From a virus, in IMG/VR virus record IMGVR_UViG_3300045988_008159, positions 1-42,368 of that record: a stretch of 42,368 bases of DNA, one strand, 5' to 3'. The notes under the pieces were generated by a model. It worked only from the letters and a program-made list of their open reading frames with translations, was not told the origin of the DNA and did not search any database. Made by a program: the position numbers and the translations under genes. Of the stretch, positions 16,519-24,587 are shown piece by piece (the stretch's first letter is position 1; each line of letters begins with the position of its first letter).

Positions 16519-16908
16519 TTATGCACGGAACCAACCGAGGGTGGGACTCAGGATATCCACCACCAGAGCAAAAGCGCAAAGCGCGACGATGCCGAGCAGG
16601 ACAAGGGTGGTGATGCGGTGCATTTTCAGGGATTTTCGAAGCTGATCGCGCTGGATGCGGAGGCTTTTGTTTTCCAGCCGAAGCAGCTCGGAGACGGATT
16701 CCGGAGCGGGCGGCGAGATACCGAAGTACGCATTCATGTCGATGCCGAGGGCATAGCAGATCGGGCCGACGGTATAGACAGAGGCGCTTTTTGATTCGCC
16801 GCGCAGGTACTGAGAAACCGTATTCAGGGCGAGACCGGCGCGATCGGCAATGGCCTGGTTTGTGAGATGCGAAGCCTCCTTTGCTTCGCGGCAGAGCTGC
16901 CACAACAT
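16519..16908 (-). CDS. XRE-type HTH protein with a C-terminal transmembrane anchor
   Basis: The HTH reads LTNQAIADRAGLALNTVSQYLRG. The C-terminus reads ITTLVLLGIVALCAFALVVDIL. The start is taken at Met 68 of the track ORF (cat at 16906-16908). Confidence 0.65.
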   Translation of the reverse strand: MLWQLCREAKEASHLTNQAIADRAGLALNTVSQYLRGESKSASVYTVGPICYALGIDMNAYFGISPPAPESVSELLRLENKSLRIQRDQLRKSLKMHRITTLVLLGIVALCAFALVVDILSPTLGWFRA

Positions 16909-17111
16909 TTTTTCCAAGAAAATCACTCCAAAAAACCATGATTGGGGCGGAGAAAACCATGGAAAGGGCTGGACACAACCATTGGTGAAAGCGTATGGTT
17001 GAGCTACAGGCGGCTCCCAATCGCTTGCAAGCCAAAGCCCCGAGGCAGACACGGCACGCTGCCTTGGGGCGGCGGTGATGGGAGATGTCAGGTAAAGGCA
17101 TTTATACAACC

Positions 17112-17537
17112 TTACTTACGGCGCTTCCGCCGGTGTTCACATACACCATAATAAACAAGGAAAGGGATCCACCAAGTAAGAAGCACTATTTCTATGGCGA
17201 CAGAAAGAATGTCGCGAAATGTTGTTGGTTCCGGATCTGACTTGGACTTCTGCTTTTTGATAGCTTCGACAAGCGCGTCCAGGCCAGAGGATGAGCCACT
17301 ATGGCTTGTTTGATCGTCGAATTTATAGGGACAATCCAGCGCTCCGTCTCCGTCAAGGTCTATGTGCTGATGAGCAGGATAACCATGGTGATAATGGTAA
17401 GTACCGGAACTCCTATCGTAATGTCCACCGCTGGAGTCCGTGCGACCTGGATGCGCGAAAACCGGGAAGAAAATGAGCAATAGAAAAACGGAAAGTAACG
17501 CCATTGAACGGAAAAAACGTCTTTGCATTGAGGGCAC
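17112..17537 (-). CDS. Secreted/membrane YHYH-motif protein (lysogenic-conversion candidate)
   Basis: It has a signal-like N-terminus (MALLSVFLLLIFFPVFA), the motif HPGRTDSSGGHYDRSSGTYHYHHGYPAH, and a C-terminal TM segment with an RRKRRK tail. Confidence 0.7.
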   Translation of the reverse strand: MPSMQRRFFRSMALLSVFLLLIFFPVFAHPGRTDSSGGHYDRSSGTYHYHHGYPAHQHIDLDGDGALDCPYKFDDQTSHSGSSSGLDALVEAIKKQKSKSDPEPTTFRDILSVAIEIVLLTWWIPFLVYYGVCEHRRKRRK

Positions 17538-17653
17538 ACTTCTTTGCAGTACAAATTAAAATGTATATTTACAGTATAGGCGTATTTGCGGGACGGTTCA
17601 AGCCGGAAATATGAACGAAAAATGAACGGCGTTTTTGTTGAGAAAGGGAGGAA

Positions 17654-17755
17654 ATGATGGAAAAGGCAAGAGAAAGACTGAAAAACATCCTTGAGCGGGC
17701 GACTGATGAGCAGGTCTGGCTGCTGCTGCGGCTGGCAGAAAAGATCCTTCGATAA
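17654..17755 (+). CDS. Possible 33-aa small protein
   Basis: AGGGAGG RBS, ATG 17654, sequence MMEKARERLKNILERATDEQVWLLLRLAEKILR, followed directly by a strong terminator. It is below the track size cut-off. Confidence 0.35.
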   Translation: MMEKARERLKNILERATDEQVWLLLRLAEKILR

Positions 17756-17758
17756 GAA

Positions 17759-17796
17759 ATCACCGGAAGCGGTCATTCGCTTCCGGTGATTTTTTT
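17759..17796 (+). terminator. Intrinsic terminator overlapping the 3' end of the - strand repressor gene
   Basis: A 13-bp stem (atcaccggaagcg/cgcttccggtgat) with a 6-nt loop and a T7 run. Confidence 0.65.
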
Positions 17797-18159
17797 CGCG
17801 TACTCGTAGATGCTGTCCCAGAACTCAGGGGGCATTTCCATTGCCGCAGCGATGCAGCGCTTGCGGGTGGATTCGTCGGCCTCGGCCAGAACGTCGGCAA
17901 ACATCAGGGCCATGCGCTCGTTCTCACTGCGCTGGACGTACATCTCCCCTTCTCCGGTCTCCAGCCATGCAAGAGATACGTTGAACTCGCGGCAGATGTC
18001 CGAGATTGTGCGGTCTGTAAATGGTTTTCGGCCAGAACATAGGGCAGAAATGTGAGGCTGCGTCAAATGCAGTTTGTCAGCTAACTCGGATTGCGTCAAG
18101 CGTAGATCTTTCATCAAGTAGACGAGTCGTTCACCGATTGTGCTCAATGGGTTCACCAC
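17773..18159 (-). CDS. CI-like repressor (XRE-family HTH)
   Basis: The HTH reads LTQSELADKLHLTQPHISALCSG. The gene is divergent from the early + strand genes. The start is GTG 18159 or an internal TTG after AAAGGTGG. Confidence 0.8.
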   Translation of the reverse strand: MVNPLSTIGERLVYLMKDLRLTQSELADKLHLTQPHISALCSGRKPFTDRTISDICREFNVSLAWLETGEGEMYVQRSENERMALMFADVLAEADESTRKRCIAAAMEMPPEFWDSIYEYAKKITGSE

Positions 18160-18324
18160 CTTTCACTGAGACTGTAACACAACGCAGAATAAAAATCAAG
18201 TAAAAATATATCAAAGAAATAAATTTTGGCTTGACAACATTGATAAGATATGCTACGGTATAGAAAAGAAATAATTCAAGATTTCTTAGATGATGAGAAA
18301 TGCCGATTGGAAGGGGGTGAAGAG

Positions 18325-18471
18325 ATGTCCGAGGAACAGAAGAAGAAGATCGACGGCGTGCTGCACGAGATGAAGCACATGAACCCGCAGCAGATCGAGG
18401 TCATGATCACATATATGCAGGGTATGGCAACGGCGGCAAAGTTGATGCAGGCGGAACGGAAGGAGGCGTGA
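18325..18471 (+). CDS. Small early protein (48 aa)
   Basis: GGAAGGGGGTG RBS precedes ATG 18325. The longer 18250 start is possible. Confidence 0.45.
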   Translation: MSEEQKKKIDGVLHEMKHMNPQQIEVMITYMQGMATAAKLMQAERKEA

Positions 18472-18475
18472 GCAT

Positions 18476-18715
18476 ATGCCGAAGATGCGAGTCGAGCGGA
18501 CGACGGATTACCGCCTGCGGGCGATGATCCGGGGGGAAATGGCCGCGCAGGGCGTCACCATCGAAGTGGCGAGCCGGTACGCAGGATGCAGCGAAAAGAC
18601 GCTCTACCGCGTTTTCGAGCAGCCGACCGCGTACTTTGACAAGGTGCTGCCGCTGATGCGGAAGCTGTCCGTGCCGATCGAAAGGGTGCGGGAGACGATC
18701 TGTTATCCATACTGA
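18476..18715 (+). CDS. Small putative DNA-binding early protein (79 aa)
   Basis: GGAAGGAGG RBS. VASRYAGCSEKTLYRVF looks HTH-like. Confidence 0.5.
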   Translation: MPKMRVERTTDYRLRAMIRGEMAAQGVTIEVASRYAGCSEKTLYRVFEQPTAYFDKVLPLMRKLSVPIERVRETICYPY

Positions 18716-18728
18716 GGGAGGAAAGAGC

Positions 18729-18995
18729 ATGAGCGATGTAGAGTTTATCACGGGAGTCAATCACCAGAGAGCGCGGGAACGCGAATGGAACAAGCGCAGA
18801 GCCGAGAGAGACGGCCTGCGGGAAAAGAGAGAGCGGGTGCGACGGACGGCGCTCTCCGTCTGCTGGCTGGCAGGGGCGTTTTTGTCCGGCATGGCGCTGG
18901 TGCTGCTGGCCTTGGAGCTGGCCGGTGCGGCGCTGGCCTTCGGCGGAGCGGCGGCGATCAGCGCTGTACTGGGGAGTGTGCTGTATGAGCTGTGA
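18729..18995 (+). CDS. Small membrane protein (88 aa)
   Basis: GAGGGAGG RBS. Two hydrophobic segments in the C-terminal half. Confidence 0.55.
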   Translation: MSDVEFITGVNHQRAREREWNKRRAERDGLREKRERVRRTALSVCWLAGAFLSGMALVLLALELAGAALAFGGAAAISAVLGSVLYEL

Positions 18996-19185
18996 GATCG
19001 TGGATGAGATCGTGGAGATGTTGAGGCGCTGCGCGGGAAATGACTGTATCAAGTGCAAGTTTCGGAAAAATTTAGAATGTTTGAAAATGATTACTCTTCT
19101 GGCAGCGCACGAAATCGAGCAGTTGGCGGCAGAAAACAAGGCGCTTCGAGCGATGGTGGCAAAGCAAGATACGGATGATGCGTGA
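18985..19185 (+). CDS. Cys-rich small protein (66 aa)
   Basis: ATG 18985 overlaps the upstream stop. The motif RRCAGNDCIKC...EIEQLAAENKALR also occurs in the DUF551 protein N-terminus. Confidence 0.5.
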   Translation: MSCEIVDEIVEMLRRCAGNDCIKCKFRKNLECLKMITLLAAHEIEQLAAENKALRAMVAKQDTDDA

Positions 19186-19402
19186 AGGAAAAATTCCGGT
19201 GGAGCTGACGCCGGAGCAGATGGAGGACCTGATCGACGCGGCCACGCGGGCCGCTGAGCAAAATCAGGAGGACGCAGAGATACTGAGCAGCCAGCCGCGC
19301 ATAGACCGGGAGACCGTCGGGATGCTGCTGGAGACGCGAAAGCGGCTGCTGACGCTGGCGGCGTGGATGCAGCATTTGTGGGAGGAGGCCGTGGATGAAT
19401 GA
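19175..19402 (+). CDS. Hypothetical protein (75 aa)
   Basis: Codon-position GC pattern and overlapping start/stop with its neighbours. Confidence 0.55.
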   Translation: MMREGKIPVELTPEQMEDLIDAATRAAEQNQEDAEILSSQPRIDRETVGMLLETRKRLLTLAAWMQHLWEEAVDE

Positions 19403-19641
19403 TGCGGTACGCACCGAAAACAAAGCCGGGCCCGCCTCCATGCGGGAGAGACTGCCCGGGACGTGCGCCGGGATGTAGCGCGATGTGCTGCTCATGGATG
19501 CTGTATCAATCCATCCGGGAGCACATCTATCAAAAGCAGCTCGCAGAGAAGCACGCGCAGGAGCTGAATTTTGTGGCGCAGCGGGAGATCGCACACGCCG
19601 GGAGGAAAGTAAGGAAGGGGCATTTGTATGCGGCAAAATAG
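19399..19641 (+). CDS. Cys-rich hypothetical protein (80 aa)
   Basis: ATGA-type overlap. Contains CGRDCPGRAPGCSAMCC. Confidence 0.5.
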   Translation: MMRYAPKTKPGPPPCGRDCPGRAPGCSAMCCSWMLYQSIREHIYQKQLAEKHAQELNFVAQREIAHAGRKVRKGHLYAAK

Positions 19642-19885
19642 CACCGATTACTCGGGAGAGCGGGCACCGCGCAGGCCGCGCGTGATCGCGCAGGCCGGGT
19701 ATACCGGGAAAAATTATTACGCCGTAGCGTACCGCAATCAGAGCATTACAGTACGCGCGGGAGACGAGCTGGCCGCGATCTTTACGGCGGCCAAGCACTG
19801 GGGCTACAAATGGAGCGCACCGGAGTACCACCAGAATGCCAAGGCGATGAAGCTCCACTATAAGCCGGAGTTCCTGATCGGATAA
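19628..19885 (+). CDS. Hypothetical protein (85 aa)
   Basis: An ORF in operon context, followed by a GC hairpin at 19892-19921. Confidence 0.55.
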   Translation: MRQNSTDYSGERAPRRPRVIAQAGYTGKNYYAVAYRNQSITVRAGDELAAIFTAAKHWGYKWSAPEYHQNAKAMKLHYKPEFLIG

Positions 19886-20018
19886 AAAATGCCCTCGACC
19901 GGTTGCAGCCGGACGAGGGCGGAGAAGCCTGCGCTTCTCTGTGAAAATCAAGTACAAGGAGAGTATACCATGAAAAATCCATATTTGCAAGAGGCGACGG
20001 AGATCATTCACGGGCAAC

Positions 20019-20921
20019 TTGTGCCGATTGATGGAAGGGGGTAAAAGCCTTACAGCAATGAATTCGATTGCAAGAGTGTTTCCGCGCAAGACAAAAGCTT
20101 CTCCCATCGATCCACTGGCATTTTTCGGTGCGCCGACCATCGAAAACATCGCAGATTGCATCAAGGCAAATGTGACACAAGTCCACATATCCGTAACATT
20201 CACTTGGGATATAGAGACGGCGGAAGAACTGTATTATGCGTGGCAGGTGTTGGGCGTGCCTGTCGAGGTGGGCGGCCCTGCTTTTGATGATCGCATGGGA
20301 AATTTTACACCGGGTATGTATCTGCGCGACGGATACATATTCACGTCTCGCGGTTGCACGAAAGAATGCTGGTTTTGCTCTGTACCACGCTGCGCGCATG
20401 GGCAAATCAAGGAACTTCCAATCGTGGATGGTTGGAACATCCTCGATGATAACATTTTAGGCACGTCCGAACGGCACTTCCTGGCAGTTTGCGAGATGCT
20501 TAAGCGGCAAGCACATCCGGCGATATTTACGGGAGGTTTGGAGCCAGCACTTTTGCAGCAGTGGCAGGCGGATTTGCTGCGCGAAGTGAAACCGGCCCGC
20601 ATTTACACGGCCTACGATACGAAAGACGATCTGGAACCGCTGATCGAAATGGGACGAAAATTCCGCGCGGCAGGATTCAGGCCGTCGAGCCACACAATGT
20701 GCTGCTATGTGCTGTGCGGCTATGACGGTGACAGTTTTGAGGACGCCGAAAAGCGTCTCGTACAGACTATGCAGGCAGGATTTGTCCCGTATGCAATGCT
20801 GTTTCGCGGAGAAGATGGAAAATATGATCCGGATTGGCGGCGCTTCCAGCGCGAGTGGTGCAGACCGATCATTACGGGGAAAAAGTTCAACGAATATTGG
20901 AGGGAAAAACGTGACGAATAA
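20019..20921 (+). CDS. Radical SAM enzyme
   Basis: CTKECWFC (CxxxCxxC) lies at 20355-20378. YVLCGYDGDSFEDAEKRL resembles the G.PGET.ed motif of radical SAM cores. The start is uncertain (TTG 20019, ATG 20031 or ATG 20058). Confidence 0.7.
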   Translation: MCRLMEGGKSLTAMNSIARVFPRKTKASPIDPLAFFGAPTIENIADCIKANVTQVHISVTFTWDIETAEELYYAWQVLGVPVEVGGPAFDDRMGNFTPGMYLRDGYIFTSRGCTKECWFCSVPRCAHGQIKELPIVDGWNILDDNILGTSERHFLAVCEMLKRQAHPAIFTGGLEPALLQQWQADLLREVKPARIYTAYDTKDDLEPLIEMGRKFRAAGFRPSSHTMCCYVLCGYDGDSFEDAEKRLVQTMQAGFVPYAMLFRGEDGKYDPDWRRFQREWCRPIITGKKFNEYWREKRDE

Positions 20922-21375
20922 AGAAATCGTGAAGGCGCTGCGGTGCTGCGCGAAGAGGATTGGACACGACGACGCGTGCGAAAACTGCAAGGTCGGAGAA
21001 ATCCAAGATCGGCGGGAATACATCGAGTTTGCGGCTGCTAACGTGATCGAGCGCCTGACCGCCGAGAACGCGGCGCTGCGGGAGAAGCAGCGGTGGATTC
21101 CGGTGACAGAGCGGATGCCGGAGGAACGAGTTCTTGTAAACGTTTTGTGGGTGAACAGAGCGCCAGAACCGTATTACGAAAAAATAAAGGACGTTCCGTT
21201 TTCTGGTACTGCGTGTTTTTACAGAGGGAACTGGTATTGGGATTCACCTGTAGTCCTAGACCTGTTGGCGGAATACGGAAACGATAATTTTGATTTGGTA
21301 GACGATGCAGTGGAGATCACCCACTGGATGCCGCTGCCGGGAGCGCCGGAGGAAGGAGGCAAGACAGATGCTTGA
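20911..21375 (+). CDS. DUF551-domain phage protein
   Basis: GTG 20911 follows GGAGGGA. WIPVTERMPEE ... ITHWMPLPGAPEE is the DUF551 signature. Confidence 0.7.
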   Translation: MTNKEIVKALRCCAKRIGHDDACENCKVGEIQDRREYIEFAAANVIERLTAENAALREKQRWIPVTERMPEERVLVNVLWVNRAPEPYYEKIKDVPFSGTACFYRGNWYWDSPVVLDLLAEYGNDNFDLVDDAVEITHWMPLPGAPEEGGKTDA

Positions 21376-21819
21376 TATTTGCCCAGTATCGCTGGCAGAA
21401 GCAAACGCGTTTGTGGCAGAGCATCACCGCCATCATAAGCCGGTCGTTGGACATAAATTTTCCATCGGCTGCACAGACGGAGAGAAAATCGTAGGCGTGG
21501 CGATCGTCGGGAGACCCGTTGCGCGGTATCTGGATGATGGATGGACGCTTGAGGTAAACCGCTGTTGTACAGACGGAACTCGAATGCCTGCTCTATTCTG
21601 TATGCCGCTGCATGGCGCGCCGCCCGGGCGATGGGCTATCACAAACTGATTACTTACATTCTGGATACGGAGCCGGGGACAAGCTTAAAGGCGGCTGGAT
21701 GGAAGTGCGTCGGACAGGCTGGCGGGCTTCGCTGGACAGGCAAGCGCCGCCCAGAGGTCGACCTTTGCCCCGCGCAAATGAAAATCCGCTTTGAGCGGGA
21801 GGAAGGAGACAAGGCATGA
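21368..21819 (+). pseudogene. Conserved phage protein (possible GNAT-fold) interrupted by a 1-nt frameshift
   Basis: ORF 21368-21649 (MLDICPVSLAEANAFVAEHHRHHKPVVGHKFSIG...EVNRCCTDGT) and ORF 21553-21819 (..NACSILYAAAWRAARAMGYHKLITYIL...) read as one protein if one base is added near 21581-21583. Confidence 0.6.
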
Positions 21820-22301
21820 GTAAAGCTGTTTTGATCAGCATTCGCCCGGAGTGGTGTGAGAAGATCATAAACGGGCAGAAGACGATCGAGGTGCGCAAGA
21901 CGCGCCCGAAGATGAACCCACCGTTTAAGTGCTACATTTACCGTTCGGTTCAGGGCGGCGTCGTCGGCGAGTTTGTATGCGACGACATTTTTGAAAGGAT
22001 CGTCAGAGTAGGAGGAAACTGTGAACCGCCGAAATATTGCATCTGCGATTGGAACATGGACTGCACACCACTTGATACGCTTCTTGCGGGTGCCTGCCTG
22101 ACAAAAGACGAGCTGGAGAAATATCTGGACGGCGGCGTCGGCTACGGATGGCACATTTCCGACCTCAGAATTTACGACCACCCGCACGATCTGTGGGAGT
22201 TTACCGGCCTGCGGGAGACAAAATTCGGGGCAGAACCGGTGACAATCACCCGCCCGCCGCAGAGCTGGCGGTATGTGGAGGAAGAGTTATGGAACGACTG
22301 A
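21816..22301 (+). CDS. ASCH-domain (PUA-like) protein
   Basis: The N-terminus AVLISIRPEWCEKIINGQKTIEVRK is typical of ASCH domains. ATGA overlap with the upstream gene. Confidence 0.7.
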   Translation: MSKAVLISIRPEWCEKIINGQKTIEVRKTRPKMNPPFKCYIYRSVQGGVVGEFVCDDIFERIVRVGGNCEPPKYCICDWNMDCTPLDTLLAGACLTKDELEKYLDGGVGYGWHISDLRIYDHPHDLWEFTGLRETKFGAEPVTITRPPQSWRYVEEELWND

Positions 22302-22882
22302 CTGAATGGAATGACGAACAAACCCGTCATGCCTATTACCCGCGCTGCTTTAAAGACCCGTGCTACGGCAGCGGGTGCAAAATCGAAGATTGCCCGTTTG
22401 AAACAGCGGTGTGTGATCGACTTGCAGCTTACGAGGACACGGGGCTTGAACCGGAAGCAGTAGAAACGGTTAAGCTTGCGCTGGCCGCAAGGCACATGGT
22501 TGATCTCGAAACGCTCAACAATACGCCAATCAGCAGGCTTGTAGAGCTTGCCGAGGCCGATAAGGACGGGCGCGTGGTCGTGCTGGCACCTGAGGAAAGA
22601 ACGTTAGATTTTTCAGTAAAATACACTGAAATATGCGCGTTGTACCATTTTTGCGTCGATCTTGGAATCAAATGCACGATAGAGCGCCTGCACGACGGCT
22701 ATGCAGTGCGTTTCCCGGACGGAAGTGACTTCGCACAGCATCATGGCACATATGGCGGGACGGAAGGATGCGTTGAACCGGCTATCGGGGACCATGAATT
22801 TGACTATACTGCAGTCGGCTTGAACTTAGCGAAGGAGCTCGTGAAGAAGCACAAAGGCAAATTGGAGGTGCACGATGCCTGA
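22289..22882 (+). CDS. Hypothetical phage protein (197 aa)
   Basis: ATG 22289 overlaps the ASCH stop. Contains RLAAYEDTGLEPEAV and ELAEADKDGRVVVL blocks. Confidence 0.6.
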   Translation: MERLTEWNDEQTRHAYYPRCFKDPCYGSGCKIEDCPFETAVCDRLAAYEDTGLEPEAVETVKLALAARHMVDLETLNNTPISRLVELAEADKDGRVVVLAPEERTLDFSVKYTEICALYHFCVDLGIKCTIERLHDGYAVRFPDGSDFAQHHGTYGGTEGCVEPAIGDHEFDYTAVGLNLAKELVKKHKGKLEVHDA

Positions 22883-23153
22883 CGAATACATCAGCCGCGA
22901 GGCGGCAGTGAAAATCGCTGAAAAGTACGGGCTTGCGAATGGCTCTGTATTGGGACGGCATACCGGACTGGCAGATTGCATTGCAAGCGAGATTTCAGCT
23001 TTGCCCGCCGCCGACGTTGCGCCTGTGGTGCGGTGCAAGGACTGTAAGTATCTTGTTGACGCGACGATTAACGCTAACGGTTTTCTCATCTGCGACATCA
23101 GCGATATGGAGATTGCACCGGACGATTTTTGCAGCTACGGGGAAGCAGAATGA
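22875..23153 (+). CDS. Cys-rich small protein, paralogue 1
   Basis: It shares PAADV.PVVRCKDC...DFCSYGE with 23185-23460. Confidence 0.6.
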   Translation: MPDEYISREAAVKIAEKYGLANGSVLGRHTGLADCIASEISALPAADVAPVVRCKDCKYLVDATINANGFLICDISDMEIAPDDFCSYGEAE

Positions 23154-23184
23154 GCGGGCTGCGGCGCGATGATGGAGGACACAA

Positions 23185-23460
23185 ATGAGTGATAAATACA
23201 TCCTACGTTCCGGCGCAATCGATGCGATCAAGCGGAACAGTGGGACTTTGTATACGAGAGAAGCGGAGTTCTTGCTTCGAAGAGCCATTCTTCTGCTCAA
23301 AAATGCTCCCGCCGCCGACGTTGTGGAGGTGGTGCGGTGCAAGGACTGCGACGCCTGGAAAAGAAACGTTGGCATTGCCGATAGCCCGAACGGACACTGT
23401 TTCGAGCACGATATTGATACAAACGGGCAGGATTTCTGCAGTTGGGGCGCGACCGAATGA
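23185..23460 (+). CDS. Cys-rich small protein, paralogue 2
   Basis: PAADVVEVVRCKDC...DFCSWGATE. A nucleotide block at 23308-23348 matches 23004-23044. Confidence 0.6.
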   Translation: MSDKYILRSGAIDAIKRNSGTLYTREAEFLLRRAILLLKNAPAADVVEVVRCKDCDAWKRNVGIADSPNGHCFEHDIDTNGQDFCSWGATE

Positions 23461-23915
23461 GCGGGCTGCGGTTTGAGAGCATGGCGGATATGCCGCCGAG
23501 GATGCGGGAGCTTTACGCGAAGCAGGCGCGCGACCTCTCAGGCGCTGCGGCGCCAGCTCCCCTTGCGAAGGGGAGCCAAGGGAAAACGAAATACGGAAGC
23601 CAGAAGGCCGAACGTGGGGCGCTGCGGTTTGACAGCCAGAAGGAGGCGCGGCGGTACGACGAGCTGATGGTGATGCTCCGCGCGGAGATCATTACAGATC
23701 TGCGCTTGCAGCCGCAGTTTACGCTGCAGGAGAGCTACCTAACAGAGAACGGTCAGCGCATCCGCGCGATCCGCTACACGGCGGACTTTTCTTACCGCTT
23801 CGGCGGAAAGCTGGTGGTGGAGGATGTAAAGTCCAAGCCAACGCGCACCAAGGAGTACCTGCGCAACAAAAAAATGATGCGATCCAAATACGGGATCGAC
23901 ATACAGGAGGTGTAG
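23457..23915 (+). CDS. DUF1064-family protein (putative PD-(D/E)xK endonuclease/resolvase-like)
   Basis: KYGSQKAERGALRFDSQKEARRYDEL...IRYTADFSY...LVVEDVKSKPT fits the DUF1064 pattern. Confidence 0.7.
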   Translation: MSGLRFESMADMPPRMRELYAKQARDLSGAAAPAPLAKGSQGKTKYGSQKAERGALRFDSQKEARRYDELMVMLRAEIITDLRLQPQFTLQESYLTENGQRIRAIRYTADFSYRFGGKLVVEDVKSKPTRTKEYLRNKKMMRSKYGIDIQEV

Positions 23916-23917
23916 GG

Positions 23918-24115
23918 ATGACAGAGGATGAAAAGCGCTGCACGCTGCCGAAGTCGGCGCGGTGCTGCATGATGGAGTACGCGGGCGACGAGGCCTGTAC
24001 GCACTGCGGATGGCAGCCGGAGGAGCGGGCACGCAGAAAGGCACTGCCGCTCACGGAGGATGAAAACGGCATACGACGAAAACATGTAGGAATGGAGGGA
24101 ACTACAGATGGCTGA
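23918..24115 (+). CDS. Small Cys-containing protein (65 aa)
   Basis: An ORF directly after the DUF1064 stop. Contains CC...C..C. Confidence 0.45.
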   Translation: MTEDEKRCTLPKSARCCMMEYAGDEACTHCGWQPEERARRKALPLTEDENGIRRKHVGMEGTTDG

Positions 24116-24347
24116 AATCATGCAATATTTTGCCGTAGAGCTGGATTCGTTTGTAAATGAGTACAACGGCAAGCATTGGGATGTGGATTTCGTTGGAACG
24201 GAGTATCCCCCGAGGATCGTGATGGAGCAGGCGACACCGCCGCTCTATAAGATTGAAGAGGACGGAAAACGGACGATCGAGCCGAATCCGACAGTACAGA
24301 TCATCGGCAGGCCGGACTTGCAGGTCGTAACGACCGGCAAACTCTAG
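24108..24347 (+). CDS. Hypothetical protein (79 aa)
   Basis: Overlapping start, coding-like composition. Confidence 0.5.
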   Translation: MAEIMQYFAVELDSFVNEYNGKHWDVDFVGTEYPPRIVMEQATPPLYKIEEDGKRTIEPNPTVQIIGRPDLQVVTTGKL

Positions 24348-24587
24348 ATCAGCAAAAAAGATCTTACCAAGATGGTAAACGGCGCGGCAAATCTATTGGA
24401 GCTGTTTTTGCACGGGTTTATGCAGGAGCGCAAGGAGATCGAGACGGCAAACAGCCGGGAGAACTGATTTTTTGATGGACTTATGCCTGCGCACTGTGCC
24501 ATGAGGTGCGCAGGAGGGAGACCCGGCTTAAGGCTCCGGGCGCGGCAGCTGCAAAGGCCGCGCCCGGGTAAAAATTAGGAGGATAGT

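Noticed and set aside
16511-17109. Two overlapping 196-aa - strand ORFs taken at full length
   Set aside because: Only one frame contains an HTH, and its N-terminal 67 aa look non-coding. The gene was shortened to 16519-16908 and the other frame discarded.
18160-18324. Divergent immunity promoter/operator region: TTGACA at 18231-18236, and AAAGAAATAA at 18213-18222 and 18265-18274
   Set aside because: No acceptable -10 element lies at 16-18 nt spacing (tacggt), and the repeats are A-rich and could be chance. It is plausible as a regulatory region but was not supported well enough to annotate.
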